Positions 19,910-29,895 of a stretch of 64,000 nt of DNA are shown in pieces. Every line of letters begins with the position of its first letter. Positions within the stretch are counted from its first letter, which is position 1. The position numbers and the translations under genes are program-made. The notes beneath the pieces were generated by a model. That model ran no database searches and was not told the DNA's origin. It saw only the letters and a program-made list of their open reading frames with translations. Source of the stretch: an uncultured Gammaproteobacteria bacterium (GTDB lineage Bacteria; Cyanobacteriota; Vampirovibrionia; Gastranaerophilales; CAZEDP01); the NCBI GenBank assembly GCA_964643065.1, contig CAZXPD010000006.1:552-64551 (forward strand). Reading direction: 5' to 3'.

Positions 19910-20948
19910 TGCCCTCTTTTGTCATTTCTTCAACAGCATTGATAACCGATTCAGGTTTTATGTTTTTTAAACAAGCTTTGTCAATCTTGCAATTACCCTT
20001 TAATCTGCAGGGGACACAAGGCAAATCCAAATATAAAGCCCTGTGAATATTACCTCTGAGTTTCCATTTTACAGGATTTACCGGACCATATATTCCTATT
20101 GCGGGAACGTTTAATGAAGCAGCCACATGTAAGAGTCCTGAATCCACCCCGATAACAAGATTCATTTGATTAATAAGAGCCGTACTGTCATGAATAGACA
20201 TCTGTCCGCAAAGGTTTATCGGCCTAGTCGTAAGCTTAGCATTAATAAGCTTTTCAATTTCTACATAAACGGCAAAATCCTCTTTTGTTCCCGTAAAAAA
20301 TATTTTTGCACTTTTTTTATTTATCAAATATTCAACAACTTCTGCAAAATATTCCAAAGGCCACTGCTTGTTTATATTTCCGCTAGTAGCATGTATTAAG
20401 ACTTTAAAATTATTTTCAGCCTTTTCTGCCTTTAGAAATTCATTAATTTTCGCTTCAGACTTCTTATCTACCCAATTTTCCAAATAATCATCAGCAATTT
20501 TAATATTGTCTGCCCTTAAAACATCCAGAAAACAGTCAACTTCATGTTTATTCTTGTCATATTTAACTCTTTTTGTAAGAAAAAAACCTCTTTGCTCGGT
20601 GTCAAAACCCATTCTTTCTTTAATCCCTCCCATGAAAGCTAAAAAAGCGCTGGAGAAAGACCTTTTTAAAACATAAACCTTGTCATATTTGTTTTCTCTT
20701 AACAGTTTTACATAACTCCAAAAACTTACTTTTTTACCGCCGGTGTTTTCATATCTGTGCTTGTCAGTCGTGTCAAAAACAAGCAAAGTATCTATATAAG
20801 GACAATTTTCCAAAACTTCCGAAGAAACGGCACCCGCAAGCATATCAATTTGAGCATCGGGATAGTGTTTTCGCAAATTTCTCAAAAAGGGAACAGTTAA
20901 AATCGTATCCCCGATAAACCTATATCTGATAACGAGAATCTTTTTCAT
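19893..20948 (-). CDS. Glycosyltransferase family 9 (LPS heptosyltransferase-like)
   Basis: The KILVIRYRFIGD N-terminus and GVDSGLLHVAASLNVP motif are typical of RfaF/WaaC-type GT9 enzymes. Confidence 0.75.
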   Translation of the reverse strand: MKKILVIRYRFIGDTILTVPFLRNLRKHYPDAQIDMLAGAVSSEVLENCPYIDTLLVFDTTDKHRYENTGGKKVSFWSYVKLLRENKYDKVYVLKRSFSSAFLAFMGGIKERMGFDTEQRGFFLTKRVKYDKNKHEVDCFLDVLRADNIKIADDYLENWVDKKSEAKINEFLKAEKAENNFKVLIHATSGNINKQWPLEYFAEVVEYLINKKSAKIFFTGTKEDFAVYVEIEKLINAKLTTRPINLCGQMSIHDSTALINQMNLVIGVDSGLLHVAASLNVPAIGIYGPVNPVKWKLRGNIHRALYLDLPCVPCRLKGNCKIDKACLKNIKPESVINAVEEMTKEGIISLV

Positions 20949-20949
20949 G

Positions 20950-22041
20950 TTATAAAATATCGTTCAAAATCTCTTCGGTATCAATATCCAAAGAAATCTT
21001 CAAGAAATAAAAATCTATGTCAAAGTCTTTGCCGTTAATCAAATTCCTGATTTTTACGGCATCTTTTTCTGTAGTTATCAATATTTCGGCGCCTTTATCG
21101 TTTGCAGCTGCCAATAAATCTACAATATCATCTTCGTCATAGGCATAATGATCATCAAAGATCTTGTTACCAACCACTTTATAACCTTTATCAGTAACAA
21201 AATCAAAAAAAGACGATGGCTGTGCAACTCCCGAGAAAGCAAATACTTTTGAAACAGGATCATTTATTGGAGTTAAATTCTTAATATTAATTATTTCGCC
21301 GGGCATAAATCTGCACAAGAAAACAGGCTTCTTATACTTAGACTTAATTTCTGAAACAAAAGATTCACAAGCTTTATCAAGTGAAGAACTCAAAGGATTC
21401 TTATCTACAAAAAGAACCTTATCAGCCCTTTTTATTTCTCCCAGAGGCTCTCTTAACGGACCGGCAGGCAAAACCAAACCGTTTCCAAACAAGAGAGAAC
21501 AGTCAATTAAAAGAAGGTTTAAATTCCTGTTAAGCCTGATATGCTGAAAACCGTCATCCAGCAAAAGAATTTCAACTCCAAACTCTTTAACAGCATACTT
21601 ACCTGTTTTTATTCGGTCTTTTCCGCAAATTACCGGTACATATTTAAGGTTTTCAGCTATAATACAAGCCTCATCACCCGCTAATTCGGGAGAGAGAAGA
21701 ATATTCTTTCCGTCACTGACAACATTAACCCCTTTTTTATAAAGCTTCCCCCCGTAACCATGGCTTAAAACAGCAACCCTTTTGTTTGTTCTTTCTTTGA
21801 GATACCTTGCAAGTTCAATTATAACAGGAGTTTTCCCGGTACCTCCGGTAGTTAAATTTCCGACAGAAATTACTTTTACAGGCAGAGTTGTTTTCTTTAG
21901 GATATTTGTTTTGTATAGAAAATTCCTGATATGAGCAGCCGTTAGGTACAAGAAAGAAAACGGCAAAAGAACACTTTTGAATAAATTTTCAATGAAGGAC
22001 AATGAATTTGAGTAGTGGATCTTATTAAACAAGGTTTTCAT
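20950..22041 (-). CDS. lpxK: Tetraacyldisaccharide 4'-kinase
   Basis: N-terminal membrane helix, P-loop GNLTTGGTGKTP and the DDGFQH motif. Confidence 0.8.
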   Translation of the reverse strand: MKTLFNKIHYSNSLSFIENLFKSVLLPFSFLYLTAAHIRNFLYKTNILKKTTLPVKVISVGNLTTGGTGKTPVIIELARYLKERTNKRVAVLSHGYGGKLYKKGVNVVSDGKNILLSPELAGDEACIIAENLKYVPVICGKDRIKTGKYAVKEFGVEILLLDDGFQHIRLNRNLNLLLIDCSLLFGNGLVLPAGPLREPLGEIKRADKVLFVDKNPLSSSLDKACESFVSEIKSKYKKPVFLCRFMPGEIINIKNLTPINDPVSKVFAFSGVAQPSSFFDFVTDKGYKVVGNKIFDDHYAYDEDDIVDLLAAANDKGAEILITTEKDAVKIRNLINGKDFDIDFYFLKISLDIDTEEILNDIL

Positions 22042-23400
22042 TTAAAATAACAATCTAAGTAAAAGGAAGTTTTTATTAAGTTTTCGCGAAAACTTCTTAA
22101 GATTTGCCGAAATGTCAGCAGCATTATCAAGAATTTCCTTAAATTTTTTCCTGTCTTCAGGCTTTAGATCTTTAACCCCGCCCATTATGTAATTCAAATT
22201 CTCAAGAGTGCTGTCAAGGTTAGTTATTACACTGTCTAATTTAACCTGAAAGTTTTTGTCTTTAGTAAGAGTATTGATATAAGACGTGATTTCAGATAAA
22301 TTTTCAGCTGTTTCATTTATATTTGTGAGTGTTCCTTCTTTTTCTATGCCTTCAATCATTAAAGAAATACTGTTAATGGATTTTTGAAGAGAATTAACAG
22401 TTTGAATCATATCGTTTTTAACGCTCGGGTCTCCCAAAATGCTGTTTAAATTATCCGTTAAATATGCAATTTTACCCGAAAGACTAATAAACAAAGTAGA
22501 AACGCTCTTTAACTGCACATTGGAATCTTTAATCAGTTTGTTTACTTCATCTACAGTAACAGAAGCCTTTGAAGTTAAAACTTTTGTATTTCTCACAACT
22601 GCCTTAAGGTCATTAATAGATTCATCAGATAGCAGTGTATTTATTTTTCTGTTGGTTTCTTCCAACGCTTCCGCAGACCTCAATTGGATATCAAAGAACT
22701 TTTTAAGTCTCATCGGCTCAATGACTGTATATCTATCGTCTGAATTTGACGAAGAAAGATAAAAATCGGCGGAAGGAGTAGCAATAACCTCATGCTTTTT
22801 GCCCAGGCGGTGAATTCTTCCTATGGAATTTTCAGATACTATAACACCCGGCTTGGTTAAAATATAATCAACCTTATAACAATAAGGGGTATTAACATCT
22901 ACTTGCGGGGGAATATTTTTGGTTAACATAACTTGAGCCTTTTTAACCAAACCTACGTTTATATATTTATCATCCAAAAGAATACTGACAGGAGAACCAT
23001 CCTCTAATACCGTACTTACCCCTTTATTAACAGGAAGAAACAAGCTTTGAATTTGAGGAGGAGTTATTTCTATGAACTTTTCCCCAATTATTCCGGATTG
23101 TTGTATTGAAATAGTAGAGGCATTGGGGACTGAAATTGAAGGCTCCGTAATTACAAATCTAACCCTAACAAAACTTGAAACAGGATTAATTACAGGAATA
23201 ATTTCATCAATCTGTCCAATTCTAATTCCCATCATCTGCACTGCAGAACCTTGTCTTAACCCATCAACATCCTTGAATTTCACTTCAATTCTTTCGCCTA
23301 CGGAAATTGATCTGCCTTTTAGCCACAGTATGCAAAAAACAAACAACACAACCGATATTAACGTTAAAATTCCGACTTTAACCGCAGGAGAGATTTTCAT
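22042..23400 (-). CDS. MlaD/MCE-domain protein with a long C-terminal helical region
   Basis: N-terminal TM helix, an MCE domain (VKFKDVDGLRQGSAVQMMGIRIGQIDEI) and about 200 aa of coiled-coil-like C-terminus. The start is adjacent to the lpxK stop. Confidence 0.7.
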   Translation of the reverse strand: MKISPAVKVGILTLISVVLFVFCILWLKGRSISVGERIEVKFKDVDGLRQGSAVQMMGIRIGQIDEIIPVINPVSSFVRVRFVITEPSISVPNASTISIQQSGIIGEKFIEITPPQIQSLFLPVNKGVSTVLEDGSPVSILLDDKYINVGLVKKAQVMLTKNIPPQVDVNTPYCYKVDYILTKPGVIVSENSIGRIHRLGKKHEVIATPSADFYLSSSNSDDRYTVIEPMRLKKFFDIQLRSAEALEETNRKINTLLSDESINDLKAVVRNTKVLTSKASVTVDEVNKLIKDSNVQLKSVSTLFISLSGKIAYLTDNLNSILGDPSVKNDMIQTVNSLQKSINSISLMIEGIEKEGTLTNINETAENLSEITSYINTLTKDKNFQVKLDSVITNLDSTLENLNYIMGGVKDLKPEDRKKFKEILDNAADISANLKKFSRKLNKNFLLLRLLF

Positions 23401-23572
23401 AAAACAATAATAAGTTTTAATTAACTAATCATTAGTATACCTGAAACTGTTATTTATAATGTAACATCCATTCGGTTTAAATTAGAAGTTAATCAGCCTC
23501 CTTTTCTAAAGGTTTTATTTATGTCTTAATAAAAACATTACTAATGCTTAATATTTTCAAATTAATCAAATA

Positions 23573-24520
23573 ATGTTTAATATTTTCAAAAAAAATAAAA
23601 CAGAAGAAACAATCCCTGCGAGCAATTTTTTAGGACTAAAAGATGCCCTTGCCAAAACCAAAGAGTCCTTAATTGACAGCATATCTTCGTTGGCGCTGGG
23701 GAAGAGTGATGTTGACGATGACTTGCTTGATGAGCTTGAAGAAACCTTTATAAAGGCAGACCTTGGTATCTATACCGCTGAAAAAATAGTTAAAGAGATT
23801 AAAGAATCCAAGCTCAAAACCAATGAAATAAATCATTTCATGAAAGACAAATTCCTTAGCATCATTAAAAAAGCAGGACCAAACAACCTGAACATAAAAG
23901 AAAACCAACTTAACATCTATCTTATAACAGGTGTTAACGGGGCAGGAAAAACAACACTTATAGGAAAGTTAGCTTATAGCTTTAGACAAGAAGGAAAAAA
24001 AGTTATTATTGCCGCAGGGGACACATTCAGAGCAGCAGCAGAAGATCAACTTGAGATTTGGGCAAACAGAGCAGGCGTAAAAATAGTCAGAAAAGACGGA
24101 GCTGACCCTGCATCAGTAGTTTATGACAGCATTAAAGAGGCTAAGGAAAATAACGCTGATGTTCTTATAATTGATACTGCAGGCAGGCTTCAGAATAAAA
24201 TAAACCTTATGGAAGAGTTGAAAAAAATTAAAAAAGTTATTGATAAAGAAGCAGAAGGACTGCTTGCAGAATCTATGCTTGTACTCGACGCTTCAACGGG
24301 ACAAAACGGATTAAAACAGGCGGAAGTATTTGAAGAAGCAGTTCAATTGACATCTATAGGGCTGACAAAACTGGACGGAAGTTCAAAAGGCGGAATAATA
24401 ATATCAATAGCCGACAAGATGAACCTTCCCGTTAAATTAATAGGTATTGGAGAAGGAATAGAAGATTTAAAAGATTTTAAACCGGATGACTTTATTGAAG
24501 CTATTTTTAACTCTAAATGA
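23573..24520 (+). CDS. ftsY: Signal recognition particle receptor FtsY (short form)
   Basis: NG domain motifs GVNGAGKTT, DTAGR and TKLDG. Confidence 0.9.
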   Translation: MFNIFKKNKTEETIPASNFLGLKDALAKTKESLIDSISSLALGKSDVDDDLLDELEETFIKADLGIYTAEKIVKEIKESKLKTNEINHFMKDKFLSIIKKAGPNNLNIKENQLNIYLITGVNGAGKTTLIGKLAYSFRQEGKKVIIAAGDTFRAAAEDQLEIWANRAGVKIVRKDGADPASVVYDSIKEAKENNADVLIIDTAGRLQNKINLMEELKKIKKVIDKEAEGLLAESMLVLDASTGQNGLKQAEVFEEAVQLTSIGLTKLDGSSKGGIIISIADKMNLPVKLIGIGEGIEDLKDFKPDDFIEAIFNSK

Positions 24521-24544
24521 AATCCAAATAGGTAGGAAAGCAAA

Positions 24545-25915
24545 ATGTTTGAAAGTCTTTCAGAAAAACTCCAATTAATAATTAGAAATACGGCAGGGCA
24601 ATCAAAGCTAAACGAAGACAATATAAATGATGCGCTTAGAGAAGTTCGTAAAGCTCTTTTGGAAGCGGACGTCAGTCTTAAAGTTGTTAAATCGTTTATC
24701 TCTAACATAAAAGACAGAGCAGTCGGAGAAGAAGTTTTAAAAAGCCTAACTCCCGGGCAGCAATTGGTGAAAATCGTTCACGAAGAACTTACTAAACTTA
24801 TGGGCGGAGAAAACAAAGCACTGTCCACAGAAGGTAAACCAAATTTAATAATGCTTCTCGGCTTGCAGGGATCGGGGAAAACCACATCAGCAGCTAAACT
24901 GGCAATAAATCTTCGAAAAAACGGACGAAATCCGTTGATGATTGCAGCTGATGTATACAGACCGGCTGCAATAAATCAACTCCAATCACTTGGAAAACAA
25001 ATAGGAGTTTCTGTTTTTACCATAGAGAATTCATCAGATGTAAGAGCTATTGTAACAGCAGGCATAGAATACGCCAAAAGTAACGGTTTTAACTCTGTTT
25101 TGATTGATACTGCAGGAAGACTCGAAATAAACACAGAACTTATGGCAGAACTGGTTATTTTAGACAGACTGTTTAACCCTGCTGAAAAGCTTCTTGTAAT
25201 TGATTCAATGACAGGACAAGCTGCTGTTAACGTTGCTCAATCTTTTAACGAGCACTTGGATATTACCGGTATTATATTGACAAAACTTGACGGTGATGCA
25301 AGAGGCGGTGCAGCTTTAAGCGTTACACATATAACGGGTAAACCTGTTAAATTTATCGGTACCGGCGAAAAACTGGATACTTTGGAGCCGTTTTATCCCG
25401 ACAGAATGGCACAAAGAATTCTTGGGATGGGCGATATTCTTAGCCTTATAGAAAGAGCACAAGAAAATTTCGATTTAGAATCCGCTAAAGAACTTGAAAA
25501 AAAGATGAGAACAAAAGAATTTTCTCTTGAGGACTTTCTGAAAGTTCAAAAACAGATGAAAATGTTTGGTTCAATTGACCAAATTCTTGGGATGCTTCCG
25601 ATTCCCGGACTATCTAAAAAAGACCGCGAACAGGTTGCAGATCTTGGTGAAAAACAAATGAAAAAAATCGAATCAATTATAAACAGCATGACGATTAAGG
25701 AAAGAAAAACACCCGAAATTATTAATCAAAGCAGAAAACTGAGGATATCAAAAGGCAGTGGCAATTCTGTCGAGGAAGTAATCAGATTCTTAAAAGAATT
25801 TGACAACATGCGCAAAATGATGAAAAAAATGGCGGATATGACAAAAAATATGCGCAAAGGTCCAGGAATGATGAAACTCCCGCCAGGCATGCAAAACAGA
25901 TTCCCTCGATTTTAG
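24545..25915 (+). CDS. ffh: Signal recognition particle protein Ffh
   Basis: GLQGSGKTT, DTAGR and TKLDGDARGG motifs plus a Met-rich M domain at the C-terminus. Confidence 0.9.
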   Translation: MFESLSEKLQLIIRNTAGQSKLNEDNINDALREVRKALLEADVSLKVVKSFISNIKDRAVGEEVLKSLTPGQQLVKIVHEELTKLMGGENKALSTEGKPNLIMLLGLQGSGKTTSAAKLAINLRKNGRNPLMIAADVYRPAAINQLQSLGKQIGVSVFTIENSSDVRAIVTAGIEYAKSNGFNSVLIDTAGRLEINTELMAELVILDRLFNPAEKLLVIDSMTGQAAVNVAQSFNEHLDITGIILTKLDGDARGGAALSVTHITGKPVKFIGTGEKLDTLEPFYPDRMAQRILGMGDILSLIERAQENFDLESAKELEKKMRTKEFSLEDFLKVQKQMKMFGSIDQILGMLPIPGLSKKDREQVADLGEKQMKKIESIINSMTIKERKTPEIINQSRKLRISKGSGNSVEEVIRFLKEFDNMRKMMKKMADMTKNMRKGPGMMKLPPGMQNRFPRF

Positions 25916-26008
25916 TTTTTAGCGGCTAATTTTCAAAATCATTTTCATCATACAAAACCTGCATTCGTGTATAATTATCTGGTATAAGGAAATACGTCAG
26001 GGGCTGGA

Positions 26009-27067
26009 ATGACCATAATTTCATCAGAAGATAAATACCAACATGAAAAGGCTGATAGAACTAATATTTCAAGCAAGCTTACCGATTTTGACAAACAGTT
26101 TGAAAATACGGTAAGGCCGCAAAACTTTGATGAATATATAGGACAAAGCCTACTTAAAGAAACACTGAATATAAGCATTTCTGCTGCCTGTACAAGACAG
26201 GAGCCTCTTGATCACCTACTTTTATATGGTCCGCCCGGACTTGGAAAAACCACACTGGCAGGAATTATTGCCAATGAAATGAAGGTTAAAATAAGAATTA
26301 CCTCAGCCCCGTCTCTGGAGCGCCCCAGAGATATTGTCGGAATTCTTATGACATTACAAAAAGGAGAAGTCCTGTTCATTGATGAAATTCACAGGCTGAA
26401 TAAAGTAGCGGAAGAAATTCTTTATCCCGCTATGGAGGATTTTTCAATAGATAAAACCATCGGAAAGGGGCAAACAGCAAAAACTTTCCGCGTACCAATA
26501 CCTAAATTTACTCTCATAGGTGCAACTACCAAAGCAGGCGATTTATCAAGTCCTCTGCGCGACAGATTTGGCATAACATACAGGATGGAATTTTATACTA
26601 TTGATGACCTTTCTCTAATTGTAAAAAGAACGGCAAAGATTTTGAATGTTGAAATCACTGAGGATGGAGCTAAGGCAATTGCTGACAGATCACGGGGAAC
26701 ACCCAGAATAGCAAACAGATTATTAAAAAGAGCAAGAGATTTTGCCTGTGTAAAATCTGACGGCGTAGTTACCGCCGAAACGTCGGTTAAGGCAATGGAG
26801 CTTTTTAATGTTGACAGCTACGGACTCGATACAACTGACAGAAATCTGCTCAAGCTGATTATTGAAAAATATAACGGAGGTCCTGTCGGAATAGAAACAA
26901 TTTCTGCAGCTTTAGGAGAAGACGCAAGGACCATAGAAGATATCTATGAACCGTTCCTTCTTCAATCAGGATTGATTGCAAGAACCCCAAAAGGAAGAAA
27001 AGTCTCTCCCGCAGGTTATAAACACATGGGATATGAGACTTTTCCGGATCAACAAAGTTTATTCTAA
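26009..27067 (+). CDS. ruvB: Holliday junction branch migration helicase RuvB
   Basis: [28 protein letters not shown] and [11 protein letters not shown]. Confidence 0.9.
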   Translation: MTIISSEDKYQHEKADRTNISSKLTDFDKQFENTVRPQNFDEYIGQSLLKETLNISISAACTRQEPLDHLLLYGPPGLGKTTLAGIIANEMKVKIRITSAPSLERPRDIVGILMTLQKGEVLFIDEIHRLNKVAEEILYPAMEDFSIDKTIGKGQTAKTFRVPIPKFTLIGATTKAGDLSSPLRDRFGITYRMEFYTIDDLSLIVKRTAKILNVEITEDGAKAIADRSRGTPRIANRLLKRARDFACVKSDGVVTAETSVKAMELFNVDSYGLDTTDRNLLKLIIEKYNGGPVGIETISAALGEDARTIEDIYEPFLLQSGLIARTPKGRKVSPAGYKHMGYETFPDQQSLF

Positions 27068-27173
27068 TTGTTTAGCGTTTTTGCTTTCAGATTTCTTAAA
27101 AGTTAATCCTGTCTGTTATCAAAATTTCTTAAGGATAGAATTATAATTAACAGATTAATACTCAGAGGTTTAA

Positions 27174-28286
27174 ATGAAAAAAATATCTTTATTGATGGTT
27201 TTAATGATTATTGCACTGTTTTTATACAACTCACAAAAAAGCTTCTCACAATCTTCAAATGATGGAACAGCTTACGGAAAAGTCATAAAAATAGTCGGCG
27301 AAAAAAGCAATACTGAGTTACAACGGACAATGGGCGGCAACCAAACAATCCAAACCGTAATAGTAAAAATAACAAGCGGAAAGCTTCAGGGACGAAATGT
27401 CAAAATTGAAAATCAGCTCACTTCAAATCCTATTTATGACATCAGAGTAAAAAAAGGTGACAATGTTGTCTTAACCATAGACAAAAATCAAGAAAATTAT
27501 GATTATTACATATCTGACATACAAAGATTTCCTTTGGCGCTTATCCTGTCAGGATTGTCTCTTTTTATTCTTATCTTATTTTTAGGTATCAAGGGCATTA
27601 AGTTAGTCTTTTCGTTGGTTCTATCATTTTTGTTACTTTATTTTTTCTCAATAAAAGTCTTTCTACAAGATTTACCGCTTATTTTAACTTATTTTGCAGT
27701 AATTCTGTCAGTACTTTTAATTTTTGCATTTACGACAGGTTTAACCCTTAAAACATTGAAGTCAGCTCTGTCTACTATAATATCTCTAATATTCGAGGGG
27801 TTTTTGCTTATAATAATTTTCAAAATTGCCAATATATCGGGCAACTGGAATGAAACAGGATCCGAGCTTTATTCCAGAGCCGCAAATCTTGATATGTTTC
27901 ACTTGACCATATTTGCATTTTTAATTGTCTCAACAGGCATTCTAATGGATATCAGCTCTTCCGTAACAACCGGCATAAATGAATTACGGCAAAACAAAAA
28001 AGAAAATTCATACTTCTTACTTTTAAGAGAAAGTTTTGAAATAACAAAAGAAAAACTCGGAGCAAGAATAAACACCCTGTTTTTCTTCTTCTTAGGCATT
28101 AATCTTCCAATGTTGATCCTTCTCAACAACGTAGCGTTTATGAAAGTTATTAATTTCCAATCATTATTTTTGGCTTTGGGAACTTTTCTGTCAGCATTAA
28201 TAACAGTCATCTTTTGTGCTTTTATTTCCTGTATCTTAGGAAGCATTACACTAGGAAAGATTACCAACAAGGCTGAACAAAGTTAA
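27174..28286 (+). CDS. YibE/F-family multi-pass membrane protein
   Basis: Signal/TM helix, an N-terminal soluble beta-rich domain (GKVIKIV...VKITSGKLQGRNVKIEN) and then about 7 TM helices. Confidence 0.5.
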   Translation: MKKISLLMVLMIIALFLYNSQKSFSQSSNDGTAYGKVIKIVGEKSNTELQRTMGGNQTIQTVIVKITSGKLQGRNVKIENQLTSNPIYDIRVKKGDNVVLTIDKNQENYDYYISDIQRFPLALILSGLSLFILILFLGIKGIKLVFSLVLSFLLLYFFSIKVFLQDLPLILTYFAVILSVLLIFAFTTGLTLKTLKSALSTIISLIFEGFLLIIIFKIANISGNWNETGSELYSRAANLDMFHLTIFAFLIVSTGILMDISSSVTTGINELRQNKKENSYFLLLRESFEITKEKLGARINTLFFFFLGINLPMLILLNNVAFMKVINFQSLFLALGTFLSALITVIFCAFISCILGSITLGKITNKAEQS

Positions 28287-28365
28287 GCGGCTGTAAAACA
28301 GTATTAACTGGACAAAAAGTTTTGACAGCTTACAATCGGAATAGAAGAATGAAATTAAAAACAAA

Positions 28366-29490
28366 ATGACTGAATTAAAAAGAACCCCGCTTTATCAAGA
28401 ACATCTAAAGTTGGGAGCTAAAATGGTTCCTTTTGCAGGATGGGAACTTCCATTGCAGTATACGGGCATCATTGATGAACACATGACAGTCAGAAATAAG
28501 GTAGGACTGTTTGATGTCTCACATATGGGTGAATTTTTCATTCACGGAGACAAAGCCCCTGAATTACTGCAAAGCCTTATTCCGCAGGATATTACAAAAT
28601 TAAAAACCGAAAAGGCTCTTTATTCTCAGCTGCTCAACACAAAAGGCGGAATTGTTGACGATTTAATCATTTATCGATTGCCGGACAAGAACAATAAACC
28701 TTATTTCCTTCTTATTGTAAATGCATCCAGGATTGAGAATGATTATAACTTTATAAAATCATATAATCAGAACAGTAAGAGTGTTGAAATAAAAGATGTA
28801 TCGGACATTTATTCTCTTTTGGCAGTTCAAGGACCTTTTTCTAAAGAATTAATAAATGATTTAGGTATAAATAAAGACCTTCAACCCAAGAGATTTGCAA
28901 TAAAAGAAGTAAACGCCGGCGGGATTAATATCTTAATTTCAGGAACAGGCTATACCGGCGAAGACGGATTTGAAATTCTTGTCAAGAACGAAGAAGCAGT
29001 GACCTTATGGAATAATATCTTGCAAAAAGGTCAAAAATACGGACTAAAGCCTATTGGACTCGGGGCAAGAGATACTTTAAGACTGGAAGCATCACTTCTT
29101 TTATACGGACAAGATATGAATGAAGAAACTACATGTATAGAAGCAGGTCTTGACTGGTCAGTTTCCAAGGATAAAAAAGAAAATTACCTTGGTAAAGATA
29201 TTACATTTTTACAGCTGCAAACTCAAAATTTTGCTAAAAAACTTGTCGGCTTTAAAATGCTGGATAATTCAATTCCAAGGCATGAATGCGGTCTTTACAA
29301 AAACAATCAAACAATCGGTATAACCACCAGTGGCGGAATTGGTCCTTTTATAAAAAGCAATATAGGTCTCGGTTATGTTGAAAATAAATTCTGCAGGGAG
29401 GGTGAATTAATAGAAGTTAAAATTAGAGACAAATTTCATCCTGCGCAGATAGTCAAAATGCCTTTTTATAGTAAAAATGAAAGGAATTAA
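28366..29490 (+). CDS. gcvT: Glycine cleavage system aminomethyltransferase (T protein)
   Basis: TPLY..H..LGAKMVPFAGWELPLQY and GLFDVSHMGE. Confidence 0.9.
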   Translation: MTELKRTPLYQEHLKLGAKMVPFAGWELPLQYTGIIDEHMTVRNKVGLFDVSHMGEFFIHGDKAPELLQSLIPQDITKLKTEKALYSQLLNTKGGIVDDLIIYRLPDKNNKPYFLLIVNASRIENDYNFIKSYNQNSKSVEIKDVSDIYSLLAVQGPFSKELINDLGINKDLQPKRFAIKEVNAGGINILISGTGYTGEDGFEILVKNEEAVTLWNNILQKGQKYGLKPIGLGARDTLRLEASLLLYGQDMNEETTCIEAGLDWSVSKDKKENYLGKDITFLQLQTQNFAKKLVGFKMLDNSIPRHECGLYKNNQTIGITTSGGIGPFIKSNIGLGYVENKFCREGELIEVKIRDKFHPAQIVKMPFYSKNERN

Positions 29491-29494
29491 GTTT

Positions 29495-29878
29495 ATGTCA
29501 GAGAAATTATTAAATATTTACTGCTCAAAAAGCCATGAATATGTTCTGTTGGATAACAATACAGCTAAAATAGGCATTACGGAACATGCTGTTGAACAAT
29601 TGGGAGACATTGTATTTGTTGAGCTTCCTGAAACAGGTACAATACTAAAAACAGGGGAAATATTCGGAACAATAGAATCCGTAAAAGCAGCATCAGAGCT
29701 CTATATGCCAATCGGAGGAAAAGTCACGGCAGTTAACGAAAAGCTGGAAACCTCTCCTGAGCTTGTAAATGCCGAGCCTTATAAAGGCGGATGGCTGATT
29801 GAAATAACGGATTTTAATTCCTCTGATTTAAAAAATCTCATGAATAATGAAGAATACTTAAAATACATAGCAGAATAA
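29495..29878 (+). CDS. gcvH: Glycine cleavage system H protein
   Basis: Lipoyl-lysine motif ESVKAASELYMP. I prefer the start at 29495 (MSEKLL) to the track start at 29477. Confidence 0.85.
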   Translation: MSEKLLNIYCSKSHEYVLLDNNTAKIGITEHAVEQLGDIVFVELPETGTILKTGEIFGTIESVKAASELYMPIGGKVTAVNEKLETSPELVNAEPYKGGWLIEITDFNSSDLKNLMNNEEYLKYIAE

Positions 29879-29895
29879 GCTAAGGAAAACCTAAA

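Noticed and set aside
28287-28365. Possible glycine riboswitch upstream of gcvT.
   Set aside because: The 79-nt leader has none of the conserved glycine-riboswitch elements (the GGAGAG...CACCG...GGGGCAA type cores). It contains only a weak imperfect hairpin.
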